From positions 1,344,001 through 1,408,000 of the forward strand of contig OZ251539.1 in assembly GCA_965243135.1 (NCBI GenBank): a stretch of DNA of 64,000 nt. Direction: 5' to 3'. The notes beneath the pieces were generated by a model that saw nothing but the letters and a program-made list of their open reading frames with translations, had not been told where the DNA came from and did not search any database. A program made the position numbers and the translations under genes. This stretch comes from Alphaproteobacteria bacterium. Its GTDB lineage: Bacteria; Pseudomonadota; Alphaproteobacteria; MPNO01; UBA830. Numbering within the stretch: the first letter of the stretch is position 1; each line of letters begins with the position of its first letter. Positions 40,720 to 51,289 of this stretch are shown piece after piece.

Positions 40720-41342
40720 GGTGCGCCCGGCGATGGCGAAGAGCCGGGCCTTGGTACAGGGTCGTCCGTCTGAAGGAGGGGACAGCGACGCGCGCCCTCG
40801 AAGTCGCCGTTGCGCAAGGCGTCGGCAGACCTCCCGCGACAGCGTCCGGCGGTGGCCCCTCGCGGCGCGAATCATCCCGTCCCTGGAGAAATCGCGCCCG
40901 CAGTAGCGGCAAGGGTTGCCGCTCCATGGGGGAAAGGCCAGAAACGGAGACGCTCCTCGTCGGCGCCCCACGGCAGCCAGACAGCCGGGTCTTCAGGCGG
41001 CGGACGCCGGGCGCAGGCATTCAGCCATGGCGAGGCCATCGCGCCGAGGATAGAGCATGCCTGCCAACCGCGCTCCGTCTACGCTTTGCGGCGAGAGTTC
41101 CGGCTGAGGCCGCGCAAGCCGCGTTCGGCGGGGTTGTTGTCCACGGCCGCGTTGTCGACGAACACTGTCAGGCTGTCGCGGTGGCGCAGCAGGGAGTCCA
41201 GGCGTCTGCGTTGCGGTTTGCTTTCGGGAAGTTCGTTTCGCGCCTTCTTCGCTGTCGCGAAGAACGCTCGGGCGAACTTTGCGAACTGCTGTTGGGCGGC
41301 AGCGTTGCTCGGGCACGCCAGACGCCTGGCGTTGAGACGGTC
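40720..41342 (-). pseudogene. Internal fragment of a third, diverged IS66-DUF4338 element
   Basis: SLLRHRDSLTVFVDNAAVDNNPAERGLRG and CRYCGRDFS...TLSREVCRRL; no TIRs seen. Confidence 0.8.
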
Positions 41343-41403
41343 CCTTAATCAATTCCGAAGCGCGGCGGTCGGCAATCTCTCTCGCGAGGCAGTATGGGCT
41401 TCG

Positions 41404-41570
41404 CGGCGAGTTAAGCGTCTCACTTCCCTCGTCCCCCCGAAGGCCGCTGCGCGACGCTCTTCGCAGTCGCAGCGCGTTACCGGGATCTCCAAGCCGCCCA
41501 CGCCTTCCCGCGACGTTTCAGGCGCTTATCGGCCGGGTGCTGCGCGAGCAACGAACGCCGCCTCCGCGCC
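41404..41570 (+). repeat. Dispersed repeat R4, copy 2
   Basis: Aligns by eye with 22071-22225. Confidence 0.8.
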
Positions 41571-41579
41571 GCGCCTTTC

Positions 41580-41890
41580 CGGCGCCGGCAGAGCAAAGAC
41601 CCCGGCGAGCGCGGCAAGCGCGACCCACCAAAGTCCGTCTCGCGGTCAGAGACCCCCGAGCAAGATCCCTGCGCCCAGGGAATGGCCGCCGAGCGGCAGC
41701 CCGAGCGTGAGGCCCTTGACAGGTAATGCGCCGCGGCGATGTTGGCGATCACCGGGAAGACGGCGAAGTTGAGAACGCCGAAGAGGGCCGCGAAGACAAA
41801 CAGCACGGAGATGTCGGCTACGACGAACGGCAGCAAGACGAAGGCCACGGCGCGGCAGAAGAATATGCTCGCCAGCGGGCGCGGGCGATG
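41580..41890 (-). pseudogene. C-terminal fragment of an MFS transporter
   Basis: RPLASIFFCRAVAFVLLPFV...VFAALFGVLNFAVFPVIANIAAAHY, shift, GGHSLGAG. Confidence 0.6.
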
Positions 41891-42125
41891 GAACGGAAAA
41901 CCGAGAATTTTCCGCGTCGAGAACGTCGTTTTCGCACACCCCAAGCCGCTCCGAGACCGCAGACGATCGCCCGCGTTCGGACCCCCCAAGTTTGCCGCGC
42001 GGCATCAGGGCGACCGGATATTCCGTTTTCATTTCGCATTCGCCAGCCTGTGCAACCCTTGGGGCCGGCCGACGGCCGGCCGGGCGGTCCGCGGGAGCGC
42101 CGAGCTAACGACAAAAAAATAACGC
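41890..42125 (+). repeat. Dispersed repeat R2; second copy at ~55562-55805
   Basis: GACCGCA.ACGATCGCCC.CGT...CCCCAAGTTTGCCG...CAGGGC.ACCGGATATTCCG.TTTC...TTCGCCAGC...CCCTTGGG. Confidence 0.8.
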
Positions 42126-42143
42126 AAACGCCCTCAAGGTACA

Positions 42144-42172
42144 TTGACTCGCCGACGATCCCGGACTATCGT
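42144..42172 (+). promoter_or_regulatory. Sigma70-like promoter of the NYN-NACHT operon
   Basis: TTGACT (42144-42149), 17 bp, TATCGT (42167-42172). Confidence 0.45.
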
Positions 42173-42305
42173 AATAATTGAGGTTGCTACCCTCCTGTGG
42201 CAAATGTAGAGATGGATGGATGATGACTGAATCTTTCTGCGTCTGAATTTCGCGGCTAGAACTTGCTGGAATCGTAAGGTTAAACTACAGCTTTTGGATC
42301 GCTAT

Positions 42306-42965
42306 ATGCCTGCAAGACCGCTGACCCCACCTAGGCGCGTCGATGCTCTGGTTGATTGGAACAGCCAATTTCATATGGTCCAGAACCGGTCACTTCCCCC
42401 GCATTCAGCGTCACTGTCTCGGCTTGTTCTCAAATACCTCTGCCGAAACGTAAGCGAATGTCTGGTCAAGGCCGAGCCAGGCGGCAGGTTTGAAGTGCAC
42501 CTCCGAGCATATCACGGCTGGCATAACGGCTTCCAGCCAACACCACGGAGAAGGGCCGCTATTGATGCACAGTCTGGCGACCCAAACGATCCGAACGACC
42601 AAGGCCTGTTAGGCTACTCGCCTCGACGAGAGGTGATTTTTCGTTCGTTTGCGTTCGGCGACAAGCTTCTTTTTGCGCTTGATAAACGTTTACATGTTGG
42701 ACTGGATTGCCATCTGCCGGGAACCCTTCAGCGGATTCGCGACGATTACGAAGAAAAGATGGTTGATACGGCACTTGCAAGTGACCTTGTCTATCTTGCG
42801 CTCTCGGATACGAATAGCTGGCTTATGGTTGTCGGGCAGGATCGCGATCTGGTGCCCGCACTCTACGTTGCCGAGGCGGCGGTCGACGGAACGGAACGCC
42901 GCGTGTTTTTTCTCGCCCGCGATAGCATAAGTCTACTCAAGCTGGATGGGTTACAATATCCATGA
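42306..42965 (+). CDS. NYN/LabA-like PIN-fold ribonuclease
   Basis: ALVDWNSQ, LRAYHGW, EEKMVDTALASDL, VVGQDRDLVP acidic catalytic pattern; alternative TTG start at 42294. Confidence 0.78.
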   Translation: MPARPLTPPRRVDALVDWNSQFHMVQNRSLPPHSASLSRLVLKYLCRNVSECLVKAEPGGRFEVHLRAYHGWHNGFQPTPRRRAAIDAQSGDPNDPNDQGLLGYSPRREVIFRSFAFGDKLLFALDKRLHVGLDCHLPGTLQRIRDDYEEKMVDTALASDLVYLALSDTNSWLMVVGQDRDLVPALYVAEAAVDGTERRVFFLARDSISLLKLDGLQYP

Positions 42966-45160
42966 ACGCTCCTGTTCCCCTGATCCGTAGTGACCTCGTG
43001 CCTTTTGCGGATTTCGGCACGGAAGTGCCGGAACCGCGGGTGACCGAATCCGAACGTAGATTCACTCTCACCCGTAACGGAACCGAGTGGACAATTACGG
43101 TCGGATCGGATCAGCGCATCACGCTGTCCGGACCCGTTGACCAGAGGCAGTCCTTTCCGTCCGCGGCAGCGATGTTCGCCGGACCTGCGTTTGGAGATCT
43201 TGATCGCTGGTCGCGGCATCAGGCTTATGTCTCCATGAAGTCGGCTAGCTCCGCTGAACCGATTCCGATGATGGGAACTTTGCGAACAGCCGAGAGCGGG
43301 ACAACGGACTCGGATGCGTTAGATCTTGACGTCGAAAAATTAGATGCGTTCCTGACGGCGCATCGATCCAGCATGACGACCGATACATCCCTCATCCTAG
43401 TCGTTGACGGACCGGCCGGAAGCGGAAAAACAACTCTCATCGAGGATCTGACACTCCGCCGCGCCAATGCATGGCAGAGCTATTTGAAGCCTTTGGTTCT
43501 TCATGTAGAGAGCCGTGGACGTGTGTTACAGAATCTGCGAGACTTATTGGCGTTTAGCTTGCAAACGTTGCGTGTGACGGTCACCTACGATCAGGTCGTG
43601 CCGCTGGTGCGGCACGGCCTTGTCATGCTGGCGATAGATGGCTTCGACGAGCTAGCTGACCCGACCGGTTACCAGACGGCTTGGTCGCAACTCAACGAAT
43701 TGATAATCCATACGCGAGGTCGGGCAACCTTGATAATGGCAGGACGAGAATCTTTCATTTCGCGCCCCCGGGTGGAGAGGGCGTTGCCGGCGTATAGGCG
43801 GAAAGACGATCGGATGCCATTGTTTACCATTGACGAGGTACGTCCTCATGAGGCGAAGAAATGGCTTCAAGGCCTTGGATGGACGGACGCGGCCTTCTCG
43901 TTACCGGCTGTGGAACCTATATTTGAACCAGGTTCATATGCGTTGCGACCGGTTTTCCTCTCACAGTTCCATCACCTGAAGGACGAGCTTCAAGAACGGA
44001 ACGAGATTGTTTCAGATCTGCTATCCTTTCTTGTTGAGCGGATGCTGGATCGGGAGTCGAGCAAGTTTACCGAGGCTGTTGAGGGAAACGAATTGCCGCG
44101 GATCCGAAGCTTTTTGAAGCGTCTGTTGCAGGAGATCGCGCGCGATTTGGCCGAGAATCAAGTTAACGCTATTCCAAACGAGAGTTTACGCTGGATCGCT
44201 GAGTTTGTCGCATCCGGGGTTTTCCCTTCTGATTTTGTCGACCTCCTTGTTAACCGAGCTGAAAGCGTTGCCTTTTTGATGCCTGACGCGCGCTTCGAAC
44301 ACACGCGTTTTAGTCATGAGCAAATTTCGATCCATTTTCTCGCTCAGGAAAGCCTGCGAGCGATTGCCGATGGCGAAGTGCCGAAGTATGTTCGGCGTAA
44401 CATTTTCGGTCGAGAGGTCTTGGATGGATTTGCGCGAGCTGTAGAATCGCTAGATGCTCTCAAGGCTAATGAATTCGTTACGGCTTGCAAAAAACAGTTT
44501 ACCGTGTTCGGAAATGCGGACAGGTCGAAGCGGAATCTAGCGGCGTTGGCTATAGTCGTTTCTTGCATGGTGGAGATCCCGTCAGAAGAACCGCTGCGTT
44601 TTGACAATGTCGACTTGGGCGAAATTCTGATACCGGCGGATGCTGCGCCAATCGTTTTTTCCAAAGTTGTCATCGGGACGCTCTATGCAAGGAATGTAGA
44701 TCTGACGTCCATTGTCTGGGACAATGTAGGAATCGTTACGCTTTTTTCGAACGAATTTACTGTGTACGGAGACGGTATTCCGTTGCCTGCCGTAGTGGAG
44801 CTGCCTGGAAGGACATTGCGAAATCGTCAAGAGATCGAAGAATGCCTATACCCGGTAACGTCCTCTATGAGCGCAGAGGGATCGACTGCGTCGGTGGAAG
44901 ATGTTGATCTTCTTAAACGGATCGACCGATACCGTCACTTCTGGTTGCGTGAAGCTCGGGATACTACAGATCGATCCGCCCGCAAGATCATCAGTGATCC
45001 AAACTGGGCAAGGGTTCGTCAAATTTTGCTGGAAAAACAGCTTATGATAGAGCGCACCGTTGCAGCTTCCGGTCCCCACGATAAGTTTATACACTTTCGC
45101 AACTCCATAAATAAGTTCGCTGATAATTATGAGTTGATTTCCGCTCTTCAAAATGGATGA
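42962..45160 (+). CDS. NACHT/STAND-class NTPase
   Basis: ILVVDGPAGSGKTT Walker A, MLAIDGFDEL Walker B, LIMAGRESF sensor, RPVFL, RFSHEQI winged-helix motif; ATGA overlap; 732 aa intact. Confidence 0.85.
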   Translation: MNAPVPLIRSDLVPFADFGTEVPEPRVTESERRFTLTRNGTEWTITVGSDQRITLSGPVDQRQSFPSAAAMFAGPAFGDLDRWSRHQAYVSMKSASSAEPIPMMGTLRTAESGTTDSDALDLDVEKLDAFLTAHRSSMTTDTSLILVVDGPAGSGKTTLIEDLTLRRANAWQSYLKPLVLHVESRGRVLQNLRDLLAFSLQTLRVTVTYDQVVPLVRHGLVMLAIDGFDELADPTGYQTAWSQLNELIIHTRGRATLIMAGRESFISRPRVERALPAYRRKDDRMPLFTIDEVRPHEAKKWLQGLGWTDAAFSLPAVEPIFEPGSYALRPVFLSQFHHLKDELQERNEIVSDLLSFLVERMLDRESSKFTEAVEGNELPRIRSFLKRLLQEIARDLAENQVNAIPNESLRWIAEFVASGVFPSDFVDLLVNRAESVAFLMPDARFEHTRFSHEQISIHFLAQESLRAIADGEVPKYVRRNIFGREVLDGFARAVESLDALKANEFVTACKKQFTVFGNADRSKRNLAALAIVVSCMVEIPSEEPLRFDNVDLGEILIPADAAPIVFSKVVIGTLYARNVDLTSIVWDNVGIVTLFSNEFTVYGDGIPLPAVVELPGRTLRNRQEIEECLYPVTSSMSAEGSTASVEDVDLLKRIDRYRHFWLREARDTTDRSARKIISDPNWARVRQILLEKQLMIERTVAASGPHDKFIHFRNSINKFADNYELISALQNG

Positions 45161-45209
45161 TGCAAGTATAGAATGTGCCGGGTACAGATCTATTTTTGCA
45201 AAATTTTGT

Positions 45210-45316
45210 CGTGTAACTAACCCCGAGCTGCCGGACGTCCGAAACCGTTCCGCAACCGATGATATTTTCGCGGCGGTGCTCACTGTTTGAGAATTCGGGA
45301 ATGGGACGCTGAGGAC
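45210..45316 (+). repeat. Dispersed repeat R1, partial copy
   Basis: GTGTAACTAACCCCGAGCTGCCGG...AAACCGTTCCGC...GAGAATTCGGGA..GGACGCTGAGG. Confidence 0.8.
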
Positions 45317-45374
45317 GCTGAGGTCTGCTTCGTGGTGCAAGTCTGACGTAAGCGTTCGGTCGTGGGGTGACGGT

Positions 45375-46173
45375 CTATTTGTTGAGGCTCCTCTTCCAGT
45401 CCCGCCGCAGGGGCTTCAGCGTCCTTGACCGGGAGAGCGCGTTCTTTCCGGGTCTTGCCCCGGCCCTGTGTTTTGCCGACCTTGCTGGCGGCCCGGTAGC
45501 AGCTTCCTTCGAAGCGCGGCGCCTCGCAGAAGGTCTCGAGCAGGACCGGAGCGTAGCGGTGCTCCCAGTCGTCCGGCAACCGTCGTTCGACCAGAGCGAG
45601 GGGACGCGAGGTTTTTTATCCGAACCCAGGGCAGGAACCGGGCATTGTTGACCGCCAGCGGTGCGGCGGCGGGTCTCGGGGTTCCACGAGCTTGTCCCGG
45701 GGCGCGATCTTCCAGGCCGCGGCGCCGAAGCCGAGGACGGCGAGGGGTTCGCCGCCAGCGGCCCGGACGAAGTATCGCATTTGCGCGCCGGGCAGCGTGG
45801 AGTAGCCAAGATAATGGTAGCGAGCGACGAACTCGTTCCAGAGGCGGCCTTCGCCTGCGTTCCGGACAGGCTCCGCGGCGACGGGCTGGACATCGGCGAG
45901 ACGTTCGGGGACCGGGAACAGGGGCCTGTCGGTCGCGGGGCCGGGCACGGGCGTACGGTCGGCGTTTGCCTCGGCGGCGGCAGGACGATCACGCCGTGCA
46001 TGCGCAACATGGCCACCCGCGCGCTCATATCCTTTAGGCCGCCGTCGGGCTTGCGCCAGTCGAGGCGCCGGCAGACCTCCCGCGGCAGCGCCCCGCGGCT
46101 GAGGCTGCACCTCAGGGAGCGGCTCGTCCTCGGAGAAGTCGCGCCCGCAGTAGCGGCAAGGGCCGCCGCTCAC
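45375..46173 (-). pseudogene. DUF4338 protein, frameshifted
   Basis: WNEFVARYHYLGYSTLPGAQMRYFV, PDDWEHRYAPVLLETFCE. Confidence 0.82.
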
Positions 46174-47692
46174 GGTCCCTGGGGGAGAGGCCAGGAGCGG
46201 AGGCGCTCCTCGCCTGCGCCCCATGGTAGCCAGTCAGCAGGGCCTTCGGGCGGTGGACGACGGGCGCAAGCATAATCAAGCAGCCAGCTGTACGGCGAGA
46301 TGCCGGCCATCGTGCCGAAGATGGACATGCCCGCCAACCGCGCTCCGTCCACGCTTTGCGACCCGAACGAAAGTTTCCGGCTGAGGCCGCGCAAGCCGCG
46401 TTCGGCGGGGTTGTTGTCCATGGGAACGGCCGCGTTGTCCACGAAGGTTGTCAGGCCGTCGCGGTGGCGCAGCAGGGAGTCCAGAGGGCCGCGTTGCGCC
46501 GCGCTCTCCGGGAGCGCGTCCCGCGCCTTTTTCGCCGCCGCGAAGAACGCTTCGGCGAACCTCGCGAGCCGCCGCTGGGCGGCGGCGTTGCCCGGGCTCG
46601 CCAGACGTCTGGCGTTGAGACGGTACAATGCGTGACGAAGCCACTTTTGGGCGAACCGCGCGAGGTTCGGGTAGCCGGTCTCGAGGTTGACGAAGTCGCG
46701 CCTGGCATGGACCCAGCAATATGAAAGGACGATGCACCCCTCCATGACGCGCGCCAGCAGGCGGAGTAGCGGTCGCAGACCAAGTAAGCCGCCTGTCCGG
46801 GCGAGCCGAGCCCCCTGAACAACTCAAGGGCGGCTTCCGCGCTGCGTGACGGCAACGATGCGGACCGCGTCCGTCGCCCGGGCGGCCCAGGCGCGAGCGT
46901 TGCCTCCGTCCTCCTCGTCCAACTCCCGTCCACCCCGTTTCGTCGCCGTGAACGACCGGCGCCTCCGACAGGCGCCGTGAGATCTCTTCGTCGAGCGGTC
47001 AGGCGCAGGAACCGTCGCTGGGCGTCCGCCAACGTGCCGGGGGCGAGCCCGTGCTGGCTTAGCGCGCGGCAGACCGAACGCAGCGGACGATGCAGGCCGT
47101 ACCTCTCCGCCAGGACGTTCGCCCAGACGGAGACTCCGTACCGGGTAAACAGCCTCGCCGGGGCCGGGCCGACGACCTCCTTTTCCGGTCGGCAGGTACA
47201 GGCCGGGCGCAGCCGCTTCCGTCGAATCCTCCTGACATAGGTGACGGTCCTGGTTTCGACGAGCTCCGTGTCCTTCCAACCGTTCGAGACCCAGGCCTTG
47301 CCGCAGTCCGGGCACGTGCGCTCGTCCGGAATCGACTCTTCCTCGCGAACGGGCAGTTCGGGGCGCTGCGTGCGACCATGCGACGGCGTTCCCTGGCGGC
47401 GCCCCCGGCGTCGACCGGTTGCCGTAGGCCGCCGCTCGCTGCGGCGCCCGAACAACTCCCGGGCAAACCTGCGGCTGCGGGACTTCAGACTCTCGTTCTC
47501 CGGCGTTTCCGCAGTTCGACACGGGGGCGGCACCTCATGTCTCTTTATCTCGGCGTCGCAGCAACACTTCTCCGCTTTCTGGACCGCGGTCTCCAGCTCC
47601 CGGCCGAGATCCGCACTCTCCCGGCGCGCCGCGGGCAGCTCCTGGCCGCCGCCCGACAACTCGGTCCCCGGAAGTGAATGTTCGCTCGACAT
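46170..47692 (-). pseudogene. tnpC: IS66 transposase TnpC, frameshifted
   Basis: Paralogue of 11156-12987 with a single coiled-coil unit. Confidence 0.9.
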
Positions 47693-47979
47693 GGCGACCG
47701 TGGAGCCAAAAACGCGTGTCCAGCCCCCGCCCGAATCATTCGCCAAGCTCAACCGAACGTTTACTCCGCGAGGAGCGCCGGGCCGCCAACCAGGGGTGGA
47801 CAGCCTCAGGCACCCGGAACGAACGCGCTCTCCCGGTCAAGGATGTCTGGTTGAACCCTTGCCTGGAGGCGGACTCTCAAAACCGTCACCCCACGACCGA
47901 ACGCTTACAGTCTGACATGGCCAAATCGGAAACGGCTATTGATGTTTAGAAACTGTGCACGCTGCAAGGCCAGAGATTT

Positions 47980-48170
47980 CGTGACAAAGCGTCGTTCCGA
48001 GCGCGGATTTGGTGCGGGCTGGAGGACAAAAAAAAGGAATCCTCCTGGTTCGCGGCAGAATGTCGGTTTGAACCCACAACCCATGTCGATCTTGAAGTCT
48101 TCGAATGGTTTGCCCCTTGCGAAGTTCTCCTCGGTTTCCGCTGGTGGGTGCGCTCACCGACAACCGTCGT
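47980..48170 (+). repeat. Diverged inverted copy of the 5' region of the ISKra4-like element (32530-32720)
   Basis: CGTTCCG.GCGCGGATTT...AAAAAAAGGAAT...GCGGCAGAATGT.GG.T..AACCCACAAC. Confidence 0.65.
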
Positions 48171-48431
48171 TCCGGTGAAACCGGAGCGGTTTACGGAGGC
48201 TGAAGCACTCTGGGAAAGGCCGGCGAAGGCCGCTCGGCGAACATACGGGCCGAATTGTGTAGTGAACATTGAGCAGAACACAGACAATTCGGAGGTTAAC
48301 TCCGGCGAACGTGGGAGAAATCCGCTGACGGCCGGGAAGAGAACGACGAGCGCGCCGGCCGGATCCGGCGGGCTCGCGTCATGCCACGGCCGTGCCAGGT
48401 TCGGATGTCGGGGCACAGGGCGGGACAGTCT

Positions 48432-48530
48432 TCGGCGTCACGCTCCCGAACTCCAGGGTATCGCTGCGAAAAATTCCTTGTTTCGCGGAACGATATTCTC
48501 CTGCCCGCAGCTTGGGGGTAGTTGCGCAGC
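48432..48530 (-). repeat. Dispersed repeat R1, partial inverted copy
   Basis: GCGTCACGCTCCCGAACTC...CGCGGAACG...GGGGGTAGTT. Confidence 0.7.
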
Positions 48531-48862
48531 CGAGAGTGTTCATGGCTGACGCTTGCTTCTCGGGCTGCAAGCGTTGGCCTGCGACGGACATTCGACCTGT
48601 GACGCACGGCCACTGGCCTTGACCGGCTCCCATTCGACGAGCTTGACGCTCCGGACGGGTTTTTCGGTGCCGGTTTTGCCACCATGCTTGCACCGTGCGA
48701 GGTTTCCAGGAGTGCGCTGAAGGTGGCTCCGTGTCTCTTCCGGGCGCGCCCGGATGCCTTGAACTTCCGCGGGCTCGGCGTCCCGCACGGCTGATAGGCT
48801 GCCCTGTTTCGGAGCGGTGTCCCGTGCGTGCGATCGGGCGCGGCAGGCGTTATAGTTCACCC

Positions 48863-50461
48863 ATGCGCCGTTTCAATACAGAGGGGCCGGTGCGCCCGGA
48901 CAAGCACTACGCCATCCAGCCGCTGGAGCGGATGGGCTTGGAGAAACTGCTGGACCTGATTCGGACCCGGAACTACTTCGTGCTGCACGCGCCGCGCCAG
49001 ACGGGCAAGACCTCCGCCCTGATCGCCCTGCGCGACCTGCTCAACAGCGGCGAAGCCGGCAATTTCCGTTGCGTGGACGTGAACGTCGAATCCGCCCAAG
49101 TGGCGCGGGACGACACCGCGCGCGGCATCCGCGCCATTCTGGGCAGCCTGGCCACGAGCGCGCGTCTGCTGGGCGACGACTACCCGGACGGCGTCTGGCC
49201 GGACATTCTGGCGAAGGCGGGGCCGGATAGCGCGCTGAACGAGCTGCTCTCCCGCTGGTGCGCGGCGAACCCGACGCCGCTGGTGCTGCTGGTGGACGAG
49301 ATCGACTCGCTGGTCGGCGACACCCTGCTCTCGGTGCTGCGCCAGCTCCGCGCCGGCTACGAACATCGTCCCGAGGGCTTTCCGCAGAGCGTCGTGCTGT
49401 GCGGGTTGCGCGATGTCCGCGACTACCGCATCCGGTCGACCGTCGGCGAAGTCGTCGCCGGCGGCAGCCCGTTCAATGTCGCGGCGAAGCCGGTTCGCCT
49501 GGGCGACTTCACCGAGGCGGAGACGCGCGCGCTGATGGCGCAGCACACGGAGGAGACCGGCCAGCGCTTTTCGGAGGCGGCGCAGGAAGCGGTGTGGACG
49601 CAGACGCGAGGCCAGCCGTGGCTGGTGAATGCGCTGTGCGCGGAGGCATGCTTCGACAACAAGGCGGGGCGGGACCGCTCGCGGACGATCGAACCGGACG
49701 ACGTCTACGCGGCGCGGGAGGAGCTGATCCTGTCGCGGCGCACGCATCTTGACCAGCTGCTGCACAAGCTTGAGGAGGAGGAGCGGGTGCGGCGCGTCGT
49801 CGAGCCCATCCTGGCCGGCGGCCTGCCGCAGTACGATGCCGACGACTTGGGGTACGCGCGCGACCTGGGCCTGCTCGCGCCGGACTCGCCCCCGCGCATG
49901 GCGAACCCGATCTATGCGGAGATGGTGCCGCGCGAACTGGGCTATATCCTGCAAAGCAGCCTGGACATGCAGTTGGCTTGGTACGTGGACGGGCGGCTGG
50001 ACATGACGAAGCTGCTGACGGCGTTCCGCGCGTTCTTCGGCGAGCACGCGGAGCATTGGCTGGAGCGCTTCAGCGAGTATCCGGAGGCTGGCCCGCAACT
50101 CATCCTGCAGGCGTACCTGCAGCGGGTGGTGAACGGCGGCGGGCGGATGGAGCGGGAGTACGGCCTCGGGCGGGGGCGGACGGACCTTCTGGTGCTGTGG
50201 CCGCGGGAGGCGGGTCAGCCGTCGGATCTGTGGGAGCGTTTCGTGGTCGAGTGCAAGGTGCTGCGGGACTCGGACCGCAAGAGCTTGGAGCGGACCGTCG
50301 AGCAAGGGGTGGAGCGGACGCTGGGCTACATGGCGAAGTGCGGGGCGGACGAAGGGCATCTGGTGGTGATCGACCGCCGGGCCGCCGCGGAAGAGCGCCG
50401 GAGCGGCGAGGCGGGCGGGGACCGGCAGGACGAGCGCGGGGTGACGGTCTGGGCGCTGTAG
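48863..50461 (+). CDS. AAA-family ATPase with C-terminal PD-(D/E)xK-like nuclease
   Basis: MRRFNTEGPV, LHAPRQTGKTS, LLVDEIDSL, TRGQPWLVNAL, EREYGLGRGRTDL...FVVECK; 532 aa. Confidence 0.9.
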   Translation: MRRFNTEGPVRPDKHYAIQPLERMGLEKLLDLIRTRNYFVLHAPRQTGKTSALIALRDLLNSGEAGNFRCVDVNVESAQVARDDTARGIRAILGSLATSARLLGDDYPDGVWPDILAKAGPDSALNELLSRWCAANPTPLVLLVDEIDSLVGDTLLSVLRQLRAGYEHRPEGFPQSVVLCGLRDVRDYRIRSTVGEVVAGGSPFNVAAKPVRLGDFTEAETRALMAQHTEETGQRFSEAAQEAVWTQTRGQPWLVNALCAEACFDNKAGRDRSRTIEPDDVYAAREELILSRRTHLDQLLHKLEEEERVRRVVEPILAGGLPQYDADDLGYARDLGLLAPDSPPRMANPIYAEMVPRELGYILQSSLDMQLAWYVDGRLDMTKLLTAFRAFFGEHAEHWLERFSEYPEAGPQLILQAYLQRVVNGGGRMEREYGLGRGRTDLLVLWPREAGQPSDLWERFVVECKVLRDSDRKSLERTVEQGVERTLGYMAKCGADEGHLVVIDRRAAAEERRSGEAGGDRQDERGVTVWAL

Positions 50462-50597
50462 TTTCTGTGCCGCCCGGGAGGACGAACGGGCAGCTGATGG
50501 TCAGGATCGTCGCAACGGCTTGCAAGGATCGGCGGGGCCAAGATCGGTAGCGGGCCGGCGAGAAGAGGGCTCCTGCCGCGTGCGCCTGACCCGCCGA

Positions 50598-50665
50598 CCG
50601 CAAAACGCCGTTTCGCGAACTGGAAAACTTTTCGTGGCGACGCTCGCTTTTCGGGAGTGCGGCAT
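50598..50665 (+). repeat. Dispersed repeat R5; second copy at ~56310-56380
   Basis: GCAAAACG..GTTTCGCGAAC.GGAA.ACTTTT...GGCG.CGCTC. Confidence 0.6.
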
Positions 50666-50682
50666 CCGTGTTGTCTTCGCGC

Positions 50683-50717
50683 CGACAACTCCCGCCAAGG
50701 CTCGAATCCCATGGAAA
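50683..50717 (+). repeat. Diverged orphan left end of the ISNCY-like element
   Basis: CAACTCCCGCCAAGGCTCGAATCCCATGGAAA vs CAATTCCCGCTAAGGCTCGAAACCCGTGGAAA. Confidence 0.6.
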
Positions 50718-51289
50718 GTGAGCGTTCGCTACCCGGGGGACGAAAAAATTTGTCTGGGGACCGGACACGGGGTTTTTAATCCTTGCGCCTTCATTGGCGA
50801 TACCAGATTTTCGCTTCGAAATGACTGACAGACGGGGTTGCTGGCAACGACCCTCCGGCACCGGGATGAGGCGGACCTTCCACCTCCTCGGGCGAAAAAT
50901 CCCCTAAGTCCGGAGCGGAGGTCTTGTTTGAAGCCATGGCTGGCGAGTAACCGAATCGGCTTGCGAAAGCTAAAGAAAGACGCAGCGCGGCGAAGAAAAA
51001 GCGGAATCATGCCGCAGCCCTAACGCGGGATCGCCTTGGCCCGCCCCGGTATCTTGACTCGCTGGCCAACCTACCCCGATAATGCCCCTGCGACAGGGGT
51101 TGCCGACCGCCTGCCGTGCACTTCATTATGGACGCCCGACGAAAGCGTTTTTTCATGGAAAGCTCGGTGCATGTGGTCAAGTGCATTCGTGTCTCTCAGC
51201 GACTTCGGTGGCCGCGGACAGCGATACGCGGGCCGGATCCAAGTTGCGTGCTCGAAGTACGCAAGAAGTGCCGCTTTAGCGGTTCTATG

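Larger units (their letters stand above)
45348..47908 (-). mobile_element. IS66-family element carrying a DUF4338 passenger, copy 2
   Basis: Same TIRs; 8-bp target duplication AGTCTGAC at 45340-45347 and 47909-47916. Confidence 0.95.

Noticed and set aside
45305-45323. GACGCTGAG direct duplication as a target-site footprint
   Set aside because: Short tandem copy at the broken end of R1 with no associated element; slippage is as likely.
48857-50359. 500-aa antisense ORF, and similar shadow ORFs across 56-62 kb
   Set aside because: Stop-poor alternative frames caused by high GC3 codon bias.
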